A DNA stretch of 64,000 bases, taken from an uncultured Thiohalophilus sp. Its GTDB lineage: Bacteria > Pseudomonadota > Gammaproteobacteria > UBA6429 > Thiohalophilaceae. Where the stretch lies: positions 820-64,819 of the forward strand of contig CAYOOC010000005.1 in assembly GCA_964405505.1 (NCBI GenBank), read 5' to 3'. The translations under genes and the position numbers were made by a program. Below are positions 50,795 through 61,637 of the stretch, one piece after another. The notes under the pieces are model-generated. The model had not been told where the DNA came from and searched no databases. It worked only from the letters and a program-made list of their open reading frames with translations. Position 1 is the first letter of the stretch; each line of letters begins with the position of its first letter.

Positions 50795-51706
50795 CTAGTT
50801 CCCGCCGCCCATTTCGTGCACATAGAAAGTCAGAATCTTGATCTCGGTATCCGACAGACGTTGTTTCCAGGCCGGCATTTCTCGCGATACCCCATTACGT
50901 ACCATTTTCATCACGGTCTCTTTTTTCGCCTGATTACCCGCGGCACCCGGAACATCGATTATGGTCCAGATACTGTCGGTCAGATTCGCCGAGCCCATCG
51001 CTGTTTTACCGGTGGCATTTTCGCCATGGCAGACCGCGCAATTGGTATTGAATACCTGTTTGCCGCGCTCGACCTCCGCATTGTTGTCCATATCATGTCC
51101 GGAAAGACTCAGCACATACGCCGAAACATCGCTGATTTGATCCTGCGAGAGCTGCCCCTTGAAGCCCGGCATATTACCCTGGCGACCTTCGCGAATGGTA
51201 TGTTCGATCTGTTCGAATGAGCCACCCCACAGCCAGGCATCGTCGATCAGGTTCGGATACTTGCCCATCACGCCATTACCCCCGGTCTGATGACAGGCGG
51301 CACAGTTATCCGCGAACAATACCTTGGCCTTGGAAAAGGCAAAACCACTCTGCTCGGGATCGGCCTGAATCTCCTGGTATGAAGCCTGGCTCAACTGCTC
51401 AATATACTTGGCCTGTGCCTCGCGGGCTTCCTGCATTTCTTTTTCAAACAGTGCGCGCGTGTTCCAGTGCGTGGTGACTGTCTTGCCGTCTTCGGTGGTA
51501 TAGGTGATATCGTTCATCACGCCCTTGGTATAATCGTCACCAATGGGTAATGTGGGATAAAGAATCCAGTAAATAATTGAAAACACAACCGTGGCATAGA
51601 ACGCCCACAGCCACCAGTTCGGAAGCGGATTATTAAACTCCTGCAGATCACCGTCCCAGGCGTGACCGGTAGTCTGTACTGTCTTCTGGCTTTTATCTTT
51701 ACTCAT
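50795..51706 (-). CDS. ccoP: cbb3 oxidase subunit III (dihaem cytochrome c)
   Basis: TTGHAWDG.LQEFNNPLP.WW; CAACH and CAVCH haem motifs. Confidence 0.96.
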   Translation of the reverse strand: MSKDKSQKTVQTTGHAWDGDLQEFNNPLPNWWLWAFYATVVFSIIYWILYPTLPIGDDYTKGVMNDITYTTEDGKTVTTHWNTRALFEKEMQEAREAQAKYIEQLSQASYQEIQADPEQSGFAFSKAKVLFADNCAACHQTGGNGVMGKYPNLIDDAWLWGGSFEQIEHTIREGRQGNMPGFKGQLSQDQISDVSAYVLSLSGHDMDNNAEVERGKQVFNTNCAVCHGENATGKTAMGSANLTDSIWTIIDVPGAAGNQAKKETVMKMVRNGVSREMPAWKQRLSDTEIKILTFYVHEMGGGN

Positions 51707-51896
51707 TGTCTGTATCCTTGCGATGGCCTACGTCATCATCTTCAAACGGAATATTCTTGTACGACTCGAGACGGCGAGTGCGATTGCGGTTTGTAAAGAC
51801 ATACAAAATGATTCCCACAAACGTAATGAAGAAAAGAAGCAACAGGAACGTTTTTGCGCTCCCGGAATGCACTATCGATTCTATCCAGTCATACAT
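51699..51896 (-). CDS. ccoQ: cbb3 oxidase subunit IV
   Basis: Single TM helix followed by NR.RRLE.YKNIPFEDD; lies between ccoO and ccoP. Confidence 0.88.
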   Translation of the reverse strand: MYDWIESIVHSGSAKTFLLLLFFITFVGIILYVFTNRNRTRRLESYKNIPFEDDDVGHRKDTDNE

Positions 51897-51913
51897 ATCA
51901 GGTCAGCTTCCCT

Positions 51914-52663
51914 TCAACGGTACTGCACAAAGTGTCCGTCTTCGAACTCACTGAAGTCCACCATGGTGCCAAGTACCTGCAAATAGGCCACGAGGGCATC
52001 CATCTCACTGACAACCATCGGATTACCGTCGTAGTTACCCTGGTTGGCCTCGGCGACAAGGTTTTCCGCAGCGGCATTGATGTCCAGCTGTTTGGCGACG
52101 TCTTCGCCGAAACGTTCGACGTTAACCTGATACTCTGCCTCGGTCTCTGAATAAGGCACACCCACGACTTTCAGCGCCCGCATGCGGTCGGCTACATCCT
52201 TATAGTTCAGCTTGTTTTCCAGCAGCCAGGGGTAATTCGGCATAATCGATTCGGGGACTACGGAACGTGGTGCAACCAAGTGCTGGACATGCCATTCGTT
52301 GGAGTATTTTCCACCAACGCGCGCCAGATCCGGCCCGGTCCGCTTGGAACCCCACTGGAAAGGATGGTCGAACTTCGATTCGGCGGCCAGGGAATAGTGA
52401 CCGTAGCGCAATGCCTCGTCACGGAACGGACGCACCATCTGTGAATGACAGGTATAGCATCCTTCCTGTATATACAGATCACGACCACGCAATTCCAGTG
52501 GTGTGTAGGGCCGAACGGTCTCCTTGCCGGCAACTTTTACCTCTTCGATTGTGTCATCGATCATGTATAGCGGAACGACTTCGACCAGACCGCCGATACT
52601 GATGACGATCAGAGTCAGGACGATAAGCCAGCCGGCATTGGTTTCTATAGTTTCGTGTTTCAT
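51914..52663 (-). CDS. ccoO: cbb3 oxidase subunit II
   Basis: [31 protein letters not shown] and [10 protein letters not shown]. Confidence 0.97.
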   Translation of the reverse strand: MKHETIETNAGWLIVLTLIVISIGGLVEVVPLYMIDDTIEEVKVAGKETVRPYTPLELRGRDLYIQEGCYTCHSQMVRPFRDEALRYGHYSLAAESKFDHPFQWGSKRTGPDLARVGGKYSNEWHVQHLVAPRSVVPESIMPNYPWLLENKLNYKDVADRMRALKVVGVPYSETEAEYQVNVERFGEDVAKQLDINAAAENLVAEANQGNYDGNPMVVSEMDALVAYLQVLGTMVDFSEFEDGHFVQYR

Positions 52664-52688
52664 TGCTCTTCTCTAATCCTGTTGTTCT

Positions 52689-54143
52689 TTAGGCCTTGGC
52701 CATTTTCGTGGCCAGCTTGGCTTCCAGTTCAGCTCTTTCACGACTTGCCTTGCGGATGGTCATGTAGACATTGAATGCCATCAGGATCATACCGGCAACA
52801 AAGAACGCGCCGCCAATGGCCCGGAATACGTACGGCTGGTGCAGGAAGGCAACGGATTCCACGAAGGTGTAAGCCAGATTGCCGTATTCATCAAAGGCGC
52901 GCAGCAGCAGGCCCTGGCCGATACCGGCCACCCACATGGCGCTGATGTAGAGCACGATACCGATGGTCGCCAGCCAGAAATGCAGATAGATCAAGCGGTC
53001 ACTGTACATTTTGGTTTCCCACAGACGCGGGATCAGGTGATACAGCGAGCCGAAGGTGATCATGGCAACCCAGCCCAGCGCACCGGAATGCACGTGACCG
53101 ATGGTCCAGTCGGTGTAATGCGACAGCGCATTAACACTCTTGAGCGACATCAGCGGGCCTTCGAAGGTCGACATGCCGTAGAACGACAGAGCCACGATCA
53201 AAAAGCGAATGATCGGATCGGTACGCAGTTTGTCCCAGGCACCGGAGAGGGTCATGATGCCGTTGATCATTCCGCCCCATGACGGCATGAGCAGCAGGAT
53301 GGAGAAGGTAGCCGCCAGGGTGGAGGTCCAGTCGGGAATCGCGGTCCAGTGCAAATGATGGGTACCGACCCACATGTACAGGAAGATCAGGGCCCAGAAG
53401 TGGATGATCGACAGACGATAGGAATAGACGGGACGGCCGGCCTGCTTCGGCACAAAGTAATACATCATGCCCAGGAAGGCCGCAGTCAGGAAAAACCCGA
53501 CAGCATTATGGCCATACCACCACTGGGTCATGGCATCCTGAACACCGGCATGCAGACTGTAGGAAGAGAGGCTGAACATGCTGACCGGGACGGCCATGTT
53601 ATTGAAGATATGTAACAGGGCCGTTGCCAGGATAAAGGCGATGAAGAACCAGTTGGCCACATAGATGTGCGGCTGGCTGCGCCGGCGCAGGGTCTGTACA
53701 TAAATCCAGAAATAGGCCACCCAGGTGACGGCGATCAGCAGATCGATCGGCCAGACCATTTCGGCGTATTCCCGGGCCTGGGTGTACCCGAACATGTAGG
53801 AGATCGCGGCCAGCGCGATGGAAGCCTGCCAGCCCCAGAAGGTCAGATTGGCGAGCCCATCGTTGTACAGGCGCGCCTGACAGGTTCGCTGCACCACATA
53901 ATAGGAGGTGGCGAACAGCGCACTACCCCCAAAACCAAATATGACCAGTGTCGTGTGCACCGGACGCAGACGACCAAAAGTGATTTCCGGGATATCGAAG
54001 TTCAGAAATGGCCAGGCCAGTTCGGAGGCAATATACAAACCTGCGAACATTCCCAGCACACCCCAGACAATGGTCATAATGGTGAACTTGCGGACAATAT
54101 CGTAGTTGTATTGTTCCGCAGCCTGTGCAGTTGAGTGGGCCAT
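52689..54143 (-). CDS. ccoN: cbb3 oxidase subunit I
   Basis: [29 protein letters not shown] and HVHSGALGW. Confidence 0.98.
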   Translation of the reverse strand: MAHSTAQAAEQYNYDIVRKFTIMTIVWGVLGMFAGLYIASELAWPFLNFDIPEITFGRLRPVHTTLVIFGFGGSALFATSYYVVQRTCQARLYNDGLANLTFWGWQASIALAAISYMFGYTQAREYAEMVWPIDLLIAVTWVAYFWIYVQTLRRRSQPHIYVANWFFIAFILATALLHIFNNMAVPVSMFSLSSYSLHAGVQDAMTQWWYGHNAVGFFLTAAFLGMMYYFVPKQAGRPVYSYRLSIIHFWALIFLYMWVGTHHLHWTAIPDWTSTLAATFSILLLMPSWGGMINGIMTLSGAWDKLRTDPIIRFLIVALSFYGMSTFEGPLMSLKSVNALSHYTDWTIGHVHSGALGWVAMITFGSLYHLIPRLWETKMYSDRLIYLHFWLATIGIVLYISAMWVAGIGQGLLLRAFDEYGNLAYTFVESVAFLHQPYVFRAIGGAFFVAGMILMAFNVYMTIRKASRERAELEAKLATKMAKA

Positions 54144-54371
54144 ATAACGCCTCTTGGTTCTTGGTTGAATCAGGTGATGATAAGGGAGTTTTCCGCCTGC
54201 AGCGCCACAGGAATCCTGAGAAAATCCCTCGGGAATATCAATATATCAGAATATTGTAAAGTATCTGTAAAGTGACAGGCAACTGCTGATCATCTCATCA
54301 GTATAGACGCAGCATCCCATTCAGCACCAATCTGGGAGGATCACACCGATTATAACTTACATAGTGTGAGG

Positions 54372-55298
54372 TTATTGCCAGAGCGCCAGCAGTAACGGAA
54401 TGTAGTGATCTATCAGCAACAGCGCGAACAGCAACATCAGATAGAGAATGGAATAGCCGAACGTTTTGATGGCGATTTTCGGATCTTTGTCCGACTGCAT
54501 GCGAATGGCGTAATAGAGGAAGATGCCGCCGAGGACAAGCGCCCCGATAAAATAGAGCCAGCCGCTCATCCGGGTGGCAAACGGCAACAGCGTCACGCCA
54601 AACATAATAATGGTGTACAGCAGCACATGCAGACGGGTGAACTGTACCCCGTGGGTGACCGGCAACATCGGCACATTGACCCTGGCGTACTCCTCGCGTT
54701 TATGAATTGCCAGAGCCCAGAAATGGGGCGGGGTCCAGGTATAGATGATCAAAAACAGCAACAGGCTGTCGGGATGGATATGCCCGGTTACCGCCGTCCA
54801 GCCCAGTACCGGCGGCGCCGCACCGGCCGCGCCACCGATCACAATATTCTGCGGCGTGGCGCGCTTCAGGTACATCGTATAAACAAAGGCATACCCGATC
54901 AGCGACAACAGGGTCAGTACCGCGGTCAGCGGATTAACCAGATAGACCAGGATCACCATCGAGGCAATGCCAAGCAGGGCGGAGAACAGCAGTGCCTGTT
55001 TGTTGGTAATCGTGCCGGAGGGCAGGGGCCGTTTTGAGGTCCGTTGCATCTCGGCATCGATCTTCTGATCCACAATCTGATTGATAGCCGCCGCCGACGC
55101 CGCGGCCAGACCAATGCCCAGAGTGCCGAAGATCAGTGGCTGCCAGGGCACCATCCCTGGCACCGATAAAAACATACCCACAATAGCCGTAAATACGATC
55201 AACGCCACGACCTTGGGTTTACACAGAGTATAGTAGTCACACCATAGCCGGAAAATATCCGGGCGAACTTCAGACTGTTTGACGGTCTCCCCCATCAT
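54372..55298 (-). CDS. cyoE: Protoheme IX farnesyltransferase
   Basis: [31 protein letters not shown] and WTPPHFWAL. Confidence 0.97.
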   Translation of the reverse strand: MMGETVKQSEVRPDIFRLWCDYYTLCKPKVVALIVFTAIVGMFLSVPGMVPWQPLIFGTLGIGLAAASAAAINQIVDQKIDAEMQRTSKRPLPSGTITNKQALLFSALLGIASMVILVYLVNPLTAVLTLLSLIGYAFVYTMYLKRATPQNIVIGGAAGAAPPVLGWTAVTGHIHPDSLLLFLIIYTWTPPHFWALAIHKREEYARVNVPMLPVTHGVQFTRLHVLLYTIIMFGVTLLPFATRMSGWLYFIGALVLGGIFLYYAIRMQSDKDPKIAIKTFGYSILYLMLLFALLLIDHYIPLLLALWQ

Positions 55299-56308
55299 CT
55301 TCTCCGCGGCTCGAATGCCAGGTGGTTCAGAGTTACCAGGGTGAGTAACAATAACGCACCCACGCCGTTATGCGCCACTGCCACACCCAGCGGCAGGGAC
55401 AGCAGGACATTGGCAATCCCCAGGCTGACCTGGAGTAACAATACGGCCAACAGGGTCAAACCCACAGGCCGCAGAGTTTCACCCAAACGGCCCAGCAATA
55501 ACATCAATCCCAACACACCCAGATACAAAAAGGTGACCAGCGCGCCAAGTCGATGGGTGAAGTGAACCGTGACCCGCGCGGTGTTACTCATCACACCGCC
55601 TTCATAGTCCGGCCCGATACCGTGCCAGAAAGTAAAGGCTTCGCCAAAGTCAGTCTGCGGCCACCACTGGCCCTGGCAGGTCGGGAAATCGGTGCAATGC
55701 AACGCGGCATAGTTGGCACTGGTCCAGCCCCCCAGCATGATCTGCCCCACCACGATCAACAGACCTATCAAAGCCAGTTTTTTCAATCGCCCAACCTGTA
55801 CGCCAGTACGTAATCGGGCAAACAGGTTCATATGCCGCAGGGTTATCCACCAGAGCAGGGACAGGGTCGCCATTCCCCCCATTAGATGCAGCATAACAAT
55901 CACGGGCTTGAGCTTGATCGTAACCGTCCACATCCCGAGCAAAGCCTGGAAGATAATCAACACACTCAGGAATAACGGCAACTTGAGTGCCTGTTGTGGA
56001 TGACGGCGATTGCGCCAGGCAATAAAGGCCAGAGTAAATACCAGCAGACCCAGAATACCGGCAAAATAGCGGTGTACCATTTCCTTCCAGGCCTTGTGTG
56101 CCTCCACCGGACGCTCGGGATACAGCGCATTGGCCGTCAGCACCTCCTGCTCGCTCTTCGGCACACCCAGGTGTCCATAACAGCCCGGCCAATCCGGGCA
56201 GCCCAGCCCGGCATGCGACAGGCGGACATAGGCCCCCAGTATCACTACACACAGGGCCAGCACGGTGGCAATCAATCCCAGCCTGGCAAACAGCGTTTCT
56301 TTGTTCAT
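55295..56308 (-). CDS. ctaA: Heme A synthase (COX15/CtaA)
   Basis: [28 protein letters not shown] and AHN motifs. Confidence 0.93.
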   Translation of the reverse strand: MNKETLFARLGLIATVLALCVVILGAYVRLSHAGLGCPDWPGCYGHLGVPKSEQEVLTANALYPERPVEAHKAWKEMVHRYFAGILGLLVFTLAFIAWRNRRHPQQALKLPLFLSVLIIFQALLGMWTVTIKLKPVIVMLHLMGGMATLSLLWWITLRHMNLFARLRTGVQVGRLKKLALIGLLIVVGQIMLGGWTSANYAALHCTDFPTCQGQWWPQTDFGEAFTFWHGIGPDYEGGVMSNTARVTVHFTHRLGALVTFLYLGVLGLMLLLGRLGETLRPVGLTLLAVLLLQVSLGIANVLLSLPLGVAVAHNGVGALLLLTLVTLNHLAFEPRRR

Positions 56309-56314
56309 GTTTTA

Positions 56315-56965
56315 TTATCCTGATCGCGCAAACTTCAGCAAACGTTCCAGATCCCGGATAGCGCCCCTCGGTTCGTAGTCTTCGGGATAACTCATCATCA
56401 GATAACCCCGTGGATCCACCAGATAGATTGACTGTAGCGACGGGCCGGAACCGGTATCGTGTTTAAATTGATTAAGCACTTTCCGCAGGTTGGCATCATC
56501 CGCATAGACGATCTTCAAATCCGGGTGCTCCGCCAGCACAGCACGCAGGCTGGCTTGCGGTGCACCGTCTGTCGAGATGTGAATACGGACAAGCCGCTGC
56601 CGGTTGCCCCCCTGGGCCAGACGAATCTGGCGCATCAGGTACAACTCTTCGACACATTCCGGGTTACAGCTCGCACCACCAAAATGGATCATCAACCACT
56701 TATCACGAACATCGGAAAATCGAAAAGTCGCACCTTCTTGATCAGTGAGGGCAACATCCGTCAGCAGACGTGGCGGCTGAATCAGATCACCATGGTTGCG
56801 TTCACCACCTATATCCCATTTCTCAAGATTAAAATACAGGACCAGGACAATAATTATCGGCAAAAAGAATACCGCAACAAGCAGCAAGAATTCCCGCCGA
56901 CCCTTGTTTCGCTGTGCCTCACTTACGTTCATGTTCTGCATGTTCAATTTTTCTACTGTTAACAA
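56315..56965 (-). CDS. SCO/thioredoxin-like membrane-anchored protein of the cox cluster
   Basis: N-terminal TM helix, CNPEC and IYLVDPRG; start uncertain. Confidence 0.78.
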   Translation of the reverse strand: MLTVEKLNMQNMNVSEAQRNKGRREFLLLVAVFFLPIIIVLVLYFNLEKWDIGGERNHGDLIQPPRLLTDVALTDQEGATFRFSDVRDKWLMIHFGGASCNPECVEELYLMRQIRLAQGGNRQRLVRIHISTDGAPQASLRAVLAEHPDLKIVYADDANLRKVLNQFKHDTGSGPSLQSIYLVDPRGYLMMSYPEDYEPRGAIRDLERLLKFARSG

Positions 56966-57659
56966 ATATAAATATTAAAATCAGCACCAGCGCAAGGGTA
57001 AACCATTGTACGGCATAACTGGTACTCTTCTCGGGTGAACTACTGACAATCTTCCACTCTCTGATGAACCCGTGTGGCTCATTTTCACCCAACTGCAATA
57101 TATACGGATACAGTTTGTGGCCTGTCCGGTCTTCGAGTTCTTTTATATCCAGCCATTGCACCACCAGTGGCCAGCTGGTATTGGTATAACTTTTTTCGCC
57201 CAGTTTCAGGCCGATGTCTGACGGCAGTTTCAATCGACCCGTCAATTCAATTTGTTGCTTCGGTGTTGTAAACTTCGGCATCTTGTCGCGTTGCAAATGG
57301 CCATCGATCCAGCCGCGATTAACCAGGATGTATTGCTGCGCACCACCGATTCGTAACGGTGTCAGCACGTGATAACCCGCACGCTTTTGATGAACCTGGT
57401 TATCCAGCAATATTTGCCGATCATCGTCAAACTGGCCGCTGATCCTGACCCGTCGATATTCTATCTGACCTGTCGGATCAAGCCGGGATAATTCAACGGC
57501 AGGCCGGGCTTGCTGCTCGGCAAAGCGCTGCTCGATTTCCCGTTTTTCCTGCGCCCGGTCCAGTTGCCAGAAACCCAGGCGCAGCAATACCGGCAGCAGG
57601 ATAATTGTTGCGATCGTCGGCCAGAGGCGCGGTCTGAATTCACGATTGCCAAATTGCAT
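56919..57659 (-). CDS. SURF1-family oxidase assembly protein
   Basis: LGFWQLDRA.EK, LDNQ, LVNRGW and YAVQWF motifs. Confidence 0.93.
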   Translation of the reverse strand: MQFGNREFRPRLWPTIATIILLPVLLRLGFWQLDRAQEKREIEQRFAEQQARPAVELSRLDPTGQIEYRRVRISGQFDDDRQILLDNQVHQKRAGYHVLTPLRIGGAQQYILVNRGWIDGHLQRDKMPKFTTPKQQIELTGRLKLPSDIGLKLGEKSYTNTSWPLVVQWLDIKELEDRTGHKLYPYILQLGENEPHGFIREWKIVSSSPEKSTSYAVQWFTLALVLILIFIFVNSRKIEHAEHERK

Positions 57660-57732
57660 TTTATTACCCGCCGTCCATATGACCGTCGCGACATTTTGGG
57701 TATACTTTATTCACCAGTTAGCGGAGGTAACC

Positions 57733-57939
57733 ATGCTTTTTAAAGCAGCGATCGTCATTGTCCTCGTGCTGATATTACTCAGCCTGGCCACAGCCATGTT
57801 TTCCATGCTCAAAGGCAACCAGGACTCCACACGTACCGTCAAGGCATTGACCCTGCGGATCGCGCTGTCTATCGGTCTGCTTCTCTTTATTATGATCGGT
57901 TATTCGCTCGGCCTTATTTCACCACACGCGCTGATATAA
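57733..57939 (+). CDS. Twin-TM small protein (DUF2909/HIG1-like)
   Basis: GGAGG RBS; SL..A.F.ML....RTVKALT.RIALS; antisense position typical of gammaproteobacterial cox clusters. Confidence 0.85.
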   Translation: MLFKAAIVIVLVLILLSLATAMFSMLKGNQDSTRTVKALTLRIALSIGLLLFIMIGYSLGLISPHALI

Positions 57940-58061
57940 CGCCACGGTGAATTTCCTTTTTTTCTCACGTCGGATTTTTCTTCCGCAACAGCGATTTACA
58001 GCCTTTATTTGGCTAAATGACCGACCCAAAATCCTGTGCCCCGCCCTGACGAATGATACAC

Positions 58062-58167
58062 GTCACGTTGGCAACGCCTGCGTGACTCATAGAACAGGGC
58101 ATCCACCTTCGATCTCCGGGAATCGCAAAATGTCAGGCAGAGAGGTGCGCAGCTCGAGCTACGCCTG
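58062..58167. repeat. Degenerate REP R2 + R3 pair
   Basis: gtcacgttggcaacgcctgcgtgac (58062-86) resembles R2; aatgtcagg...ctacgcctg (58129-67) resembles R3. Confidence 0.5.
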
Positions 58168-58278
58168 TCTGAAGAGACCACAAAATACCGGGTAACAATT
58201 CCTCCGGTTAAGAAATTGTCATTTCCTATTTGCTGTGGCATACAGTTTCGATAAGCACCCCGTACCTGCATCATATCC

Positions 58279-58308
58279 AAAAAAAAGGCGCCGCAATCGC
58301 GGCGCCTT
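58279..58308 (-). terminator. Intrinsic terminator after ctaE
   Basis: aaggcgccgc-aatc-gcggcgcctt with an 8-U run on the minus strand. Confidence 0.85.
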
Positions 58309-58329
58309 CCATAGCCATGTTATCGCCTG

Positions 58330-59196
58330 TTACAGCCAGTATACGAAAATAAACAGGCCGAGCCAGACCACATCCACAAAGTGCCAGTACCAGGCCGCAG
58401 CCTCGAAGGCAAAGTGGTGCTTCGCGGTAAAGTGGCCCTTGATCGACCTCAACAACATCACCAGCAGCATGATGGCCCCAATCATTACATGCAGACCATG
58501 GAATCCGGTCAACATGAAGAAAGTCGAGCCATAAATACCGGATGACAACTTCAGATTCAGATCACTATAGGCATGACCATATTCCCAGGCCTGCAGTGAA
58601 ATGAACACTGCCCCCAGTAGCACAGTCAGAAAAAGTCCGGCAATCAGCTGAGTACGATTGTTTTTCTTCAGCCCCCAGTGTGCCCAGGTGACAGTCAAGC
58701 CGGATGTCAGCAGGATAATCGTGTTATAGAACGGGATTCCCCAGGCACCGACAACCTCCTTTGGTTTATCAAAGCCTTCACCGGGCACATCCATCAGGGG
58801 CCAGGCTGCCTGGAAGTTCGGCCATAATAATTCGCCGGTCATGGCATTGTTGCCTGCCCCATCCAACCAGGGTAATGCCCATTGCCGTACGTAAAAAAGC
58901 GCACCGAAGAAAGCGGCGAAAAACATCACTTCCGAGAAGATAAACCAGGCCATCCCCATGCGAAAAGAGGTGTCTACCTGCGCATTGTATTGTCCACCTT
59001 CACTTTCGGAAATGACTTTGCCAAACCAGCCAAACATCATCACGATAACAATGATGGCACCGGCAATCATCCACAGGCTGCTTCCGCCATGCAACCACCC
59101 GGCAAAACCGGCCAGCAGGGTGAACAGACCAATCGAGCCGATAATCGGCCAATGGCTCGGCTCGGGCAAATAATAGCTACCTTGTGCGTTTGACAT
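58330..59196 (-). CDS. ctaE: Cytochrome c oxidase subunit III
   Basis: [31 protein letters not shown] and [10 protein letters not shown]. Confidence 0.97.
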   Translation of the reverse strand: MSNAQGSYYLPEPSHWPIIGSIGLFTLLAGFAGWLHGGSSLWMIAGAIIVIVMMFGWFGKVISESEGGQYNAQVDTSFRMGMAWFIFSEVMFFAAFFGALFYVRQWALPWLDGAGNNAMTGELLWPNFQAAWPLMDVPGEGFDKPKEVVGAWGIPFYNTIILLTSGLTVTWAHWGLKKNNRTQLIAGLFLTVLLGAVFISLQAWEYGHAYSDLNLKLSSGIYGSTFFMLTGFHGLHVMIGAIMLLVMLLRSIKGHFTAKHHFAFEAAAWYWHFVDVVWLGLFIFVYWL

Positions 59197-59233
59197 GGCT
59201 ACCCCTCTTTTATGCTTATAGTGCTGATTGTTA

Positions 59234-59875
59234 TTAGTTCGAATAAGTCAGGCTGTTTTCAGTAACTGCCGCAATGCGCTTGTTATTACTTTCCAGCCTG
59301 GCGTTTTTATCAGTATCAAAAAATGTATAACCCAGGGTTATTGTATTAACGTTCTTTGGCAGATCCGGGTCCACCACAAACACCAATGGCATTTCCTTGG
59401 CCTCTCCCGGCTTGAATGTCTGCTGATTAAAGCAGAAGCACTCCATCTTGGTGAAGTATTTCACTGCCTGGGATGGTGCCAGGCTCGGCACCGCCTGTGC
59501 CACCACGGTCTGGTCTGTCTTGTTCCTGGCATAAAATTTCACTTGCTTGATTTCACCAGGATGCAGCTTCATGGTCCGGGTCATGGTTCTGAACTCCCAG
59601 GCCATGTTCTGATTTAACGTGGTCGTGAACTGGACTGTTACCGTGCGCTCCAGGTCTTTTCTCGCCGCCAGTTCCCTGCCTTTAACCGAACCTTCTTCAG
59701 CGGTATAACTACCATCCTGAATCTCAAGGAAACGGCCGTTAATCCCGAAGGCGTCACAGACCATGTTGTACAAAGGCACCAGCGCAAACCCGAAACCGAA
59801 CATCGCAAACACAACCACCGTCAACTTGCTTATAAGTCGACCATGTGCTTTTTCGGGCTTGTTGTCCTGTGTCAT
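59234..59875 (-). CDS. ctaG: Cu-assembly protein Cox11
   Basis: FALVPLY...C and KMECFCF motifs. Confidence 0.96.
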   Translation of the reverse strand: MTQDNKPEKAHGRLISKLTVVVFAMFGFGFALVPLYNMVCDAFGINGRFLEIQDGSYTAEEGSVKGRELAARKDLERTVTVQFTTTLNQNMAWEFRTMTRTMKLHPGEIKQVKFYARNKTDQTVVAQAVPSLAPSQAVKYFTKMECFCFNQQTFKPGEAKEMPLVFVVDPDLPKNVNTITLGYTFFDTDKNARLESNNKRIAAVTENSLTYSN

Positions 59876-59881
59876 GACCGC

Positions 59882-59989
59882 TTACCAGTATTTGGCAAAA
59901 ATCGCGATATAGAACCCCAGGGCGATCAACACCAGGATTGCAATTGTCGATTTTTTTGCCTTCGCTCGTGCCACGTTAGTACTCATCAT
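59882..59989 (-). CDS. Unannotated 35-aa membrane peptide between ctaD and ctaG
   Basis: Hand translation MMSTNVARAKAKKSTIAILVLIALGFYIAIFAKYW; AAGGT RBS-like sequence; stop 6 nt before the ctaG ATG. Confidence 0.7.
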   Translation of the reverse strand: MMSTNVARAKAKKSTIAILVLIALGFYIAIFAKYW

Positions 59990-60008
59990 TACTACCTTGT
60001 CTGGTCAT

Positions 60009-60038
60009 ACGGGAAGGCAGTTGTTACTGCCTGCCCGT
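60009..60038. other. Intra-operon stem-loop after ctaD
   Basis: acggg(a)aggcag-ttgtta-ctgcct(g)cccgt; no U tract on the coding strand. Confidence 0.5.
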
Positions 60039-60044
60039 TTCGAC

Positions 60045-61631
60045 TCATTTAACCTGCGGCGGTGTTTCGAAGGTGTGGTACGGCGCCGGTGAAGGAACCG
60101 TCCATTCCAGGCCATCCGCGCCATCCCAGACCTTGTCGGTGGCTTTTTCTCCGCCACGGATGGTCTTGATCAGGATATACAGGAACAGCAGCTGGCTGGC
60201 ACCAAAGACGAAGCCGCCGACCGAGGCCATCATGTTGAACTCGGCGAACATCGGCGAATAGTCCGGAATCCGTCGCGGCATCCCGGCCAGGCCAACAAAA
60301 TGCATCGGGAAGAACAATACATTAACCGAGATAGCCGACAGCCAGAAGTGCCACCGGGCCAGGGTTTCGCTGTACATGTTACCGGTCCACTTCGGCAGCC
60401 AGTAGTACACGCCCGCGATTATGGCGAAGACCGCACCGGTCACCAGTACATAGTGGAAATGCGCGACCACAAAGTAGGTATCGTGGTACTGGAAGTCAGC
60501 CGGTGCGACACCCAGCATCAGGCCGGTAAAGCCGCCAATAGTGAACAGGAACACAAAGGCAATCGCCCACAGCATCGGTGCCTCGAAGGTCATCGAGCCC
60601 TTCCACATGGTGGCGGTCCAGTTGAACACCTTGACCGCGGTCGGCACCGCAATCATCACCGTGGCATACATAAAGTAGAGCTCACCCGCCAGCGGCATGC
60701 CAACCGTGAACATATGGTGTGCCCAGACGATGAACGACAGGAACGCAATCGCTGCGGTCGCATAGACCATCGAGGCATAGCCGAACAACGGCTTGCGCGC
60801 AAAGGTCGGAATGATCTGCGAGACCACGCCGAAGGCCGGCAGGATCATAATGTAAACCTCGGGATGTCCGAAGAACCAGAACACATGCTGGAACAGAACC
60901 GGGTCACCGCCGCCGGCGGCATCAAAGAAGCTGGTGCCAAAGTTGCGGTCGGTCAGCATCATGGTGACCGCACCGGCCAGTACCGGCATAACGGCAATCA
61001 GCAGGAAGGCGGTGATCAACCAGGTCCAGACAAACAGCGGCATTTTCATCAGGGTCATGCCCGGCGCACGCATGTTCAAAATGGTCGCGATGATATTGAT
61101 CGCCCCCATGATGGACGAGAAGCCAAGCAAATGGACCGCAAAGATAAAGAAGTCCGTACTGGCCGGCGCAAAGGTCGTGGACAATGGGGCGTAGAACGTC
61201 CAGCCGAAGGCCGGGCCACCGCCTTCCATAAACAGGGTGCTGACCAGCATGGTGCCGGCGAACGGCAGGATCCAGAATGACCAGTTGTTCATGCGCGGCA
61301 GCGCCATATCCGGCGCGCCGATCATCAGCGGGATCTGCCAGTTGGCCAGGCCGACAAACGCCGGCATGACCGCGCCGAAGACCATAATCAGGCCGTGCAT
61401 GGTGGTCATCTGATTGAAGAAGTGCGGATCCACAATCTGCATGCCCGGCTGGAACAGCTCGGCACGGATGACCATGGCCATGGCGCCGCCGGTCAGGAAC
61501 ATGATGAAAGCGAACCACAGGTACAGGGTACCGATATCTTTATGGTTGGTGGTAAACAGCCAACGCGTAATACCCGTCGGGTGGTGATGCTCGTGTGTCG
61601 CAGCTACTGTACTCATTCTTATATCCTCCAC
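60045..61631 (-). CDS. ctaD: Cytochrome c oxidase subunit I (type A1)
   Basis: [19 protein letters not shown], and D- and K-channel residues; start may be 61616. Confidence 0.99.
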   Translation of the reverse strand: MEDIRMSTVAATHEHHHPTGITRWLFTTNHKDIGTLYLWFAFIMFLTGGAMAMVIRAELFQPGMQIVDPHFFNQMTTMHGLIMVFGAVMPAFVGLANWQIPLMIGAPDMALPRMNNWSFWILPFAGTMLVSTLFMEGGGPAFGWTFYAPLSTTFAPASTDFFIFAVHLLGFSSIMGAINIIATILNMRAPGMTLMKMPLFVWTWLITAFLLIAVMPVLAGAVTMMLTDRNFGTSFFDAAGGGDPVLFQHVFWFFGHPEVYIMILPAFGVVSQIIPTFARKPLFGYASMVYATAAIAFLSFIVWAHHMFTVGMPLAGELYFMYATVMIAVPTAVKVFNWTATMWKGSMTFEAPMLWAIAFVFLFTIGGFTGLMLGVAPADFQYHDTYFVVAHFHYVLVTGAVFAIIAGVYYWLPKWTGNMYSETLARWHFWLSAISVNVLFFPMHFVGLAGMPRRIPDYSPMFAEFNMMASVGGFVFGASQLLFLYILIKTIRGGEKATDKVWDGADGLEWTVPSPAPYHTFETPPQVK

Positions 61632-61637
61632 TACGCC

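Noticed and set aside
54144-54371. FNR/Anr box upstream of ccoN
   Set aside because: The nearest dyad is CTGAT-N6-ATCAG, which has the wrong spacing and arms for TTGAT-N4-ATCAA.
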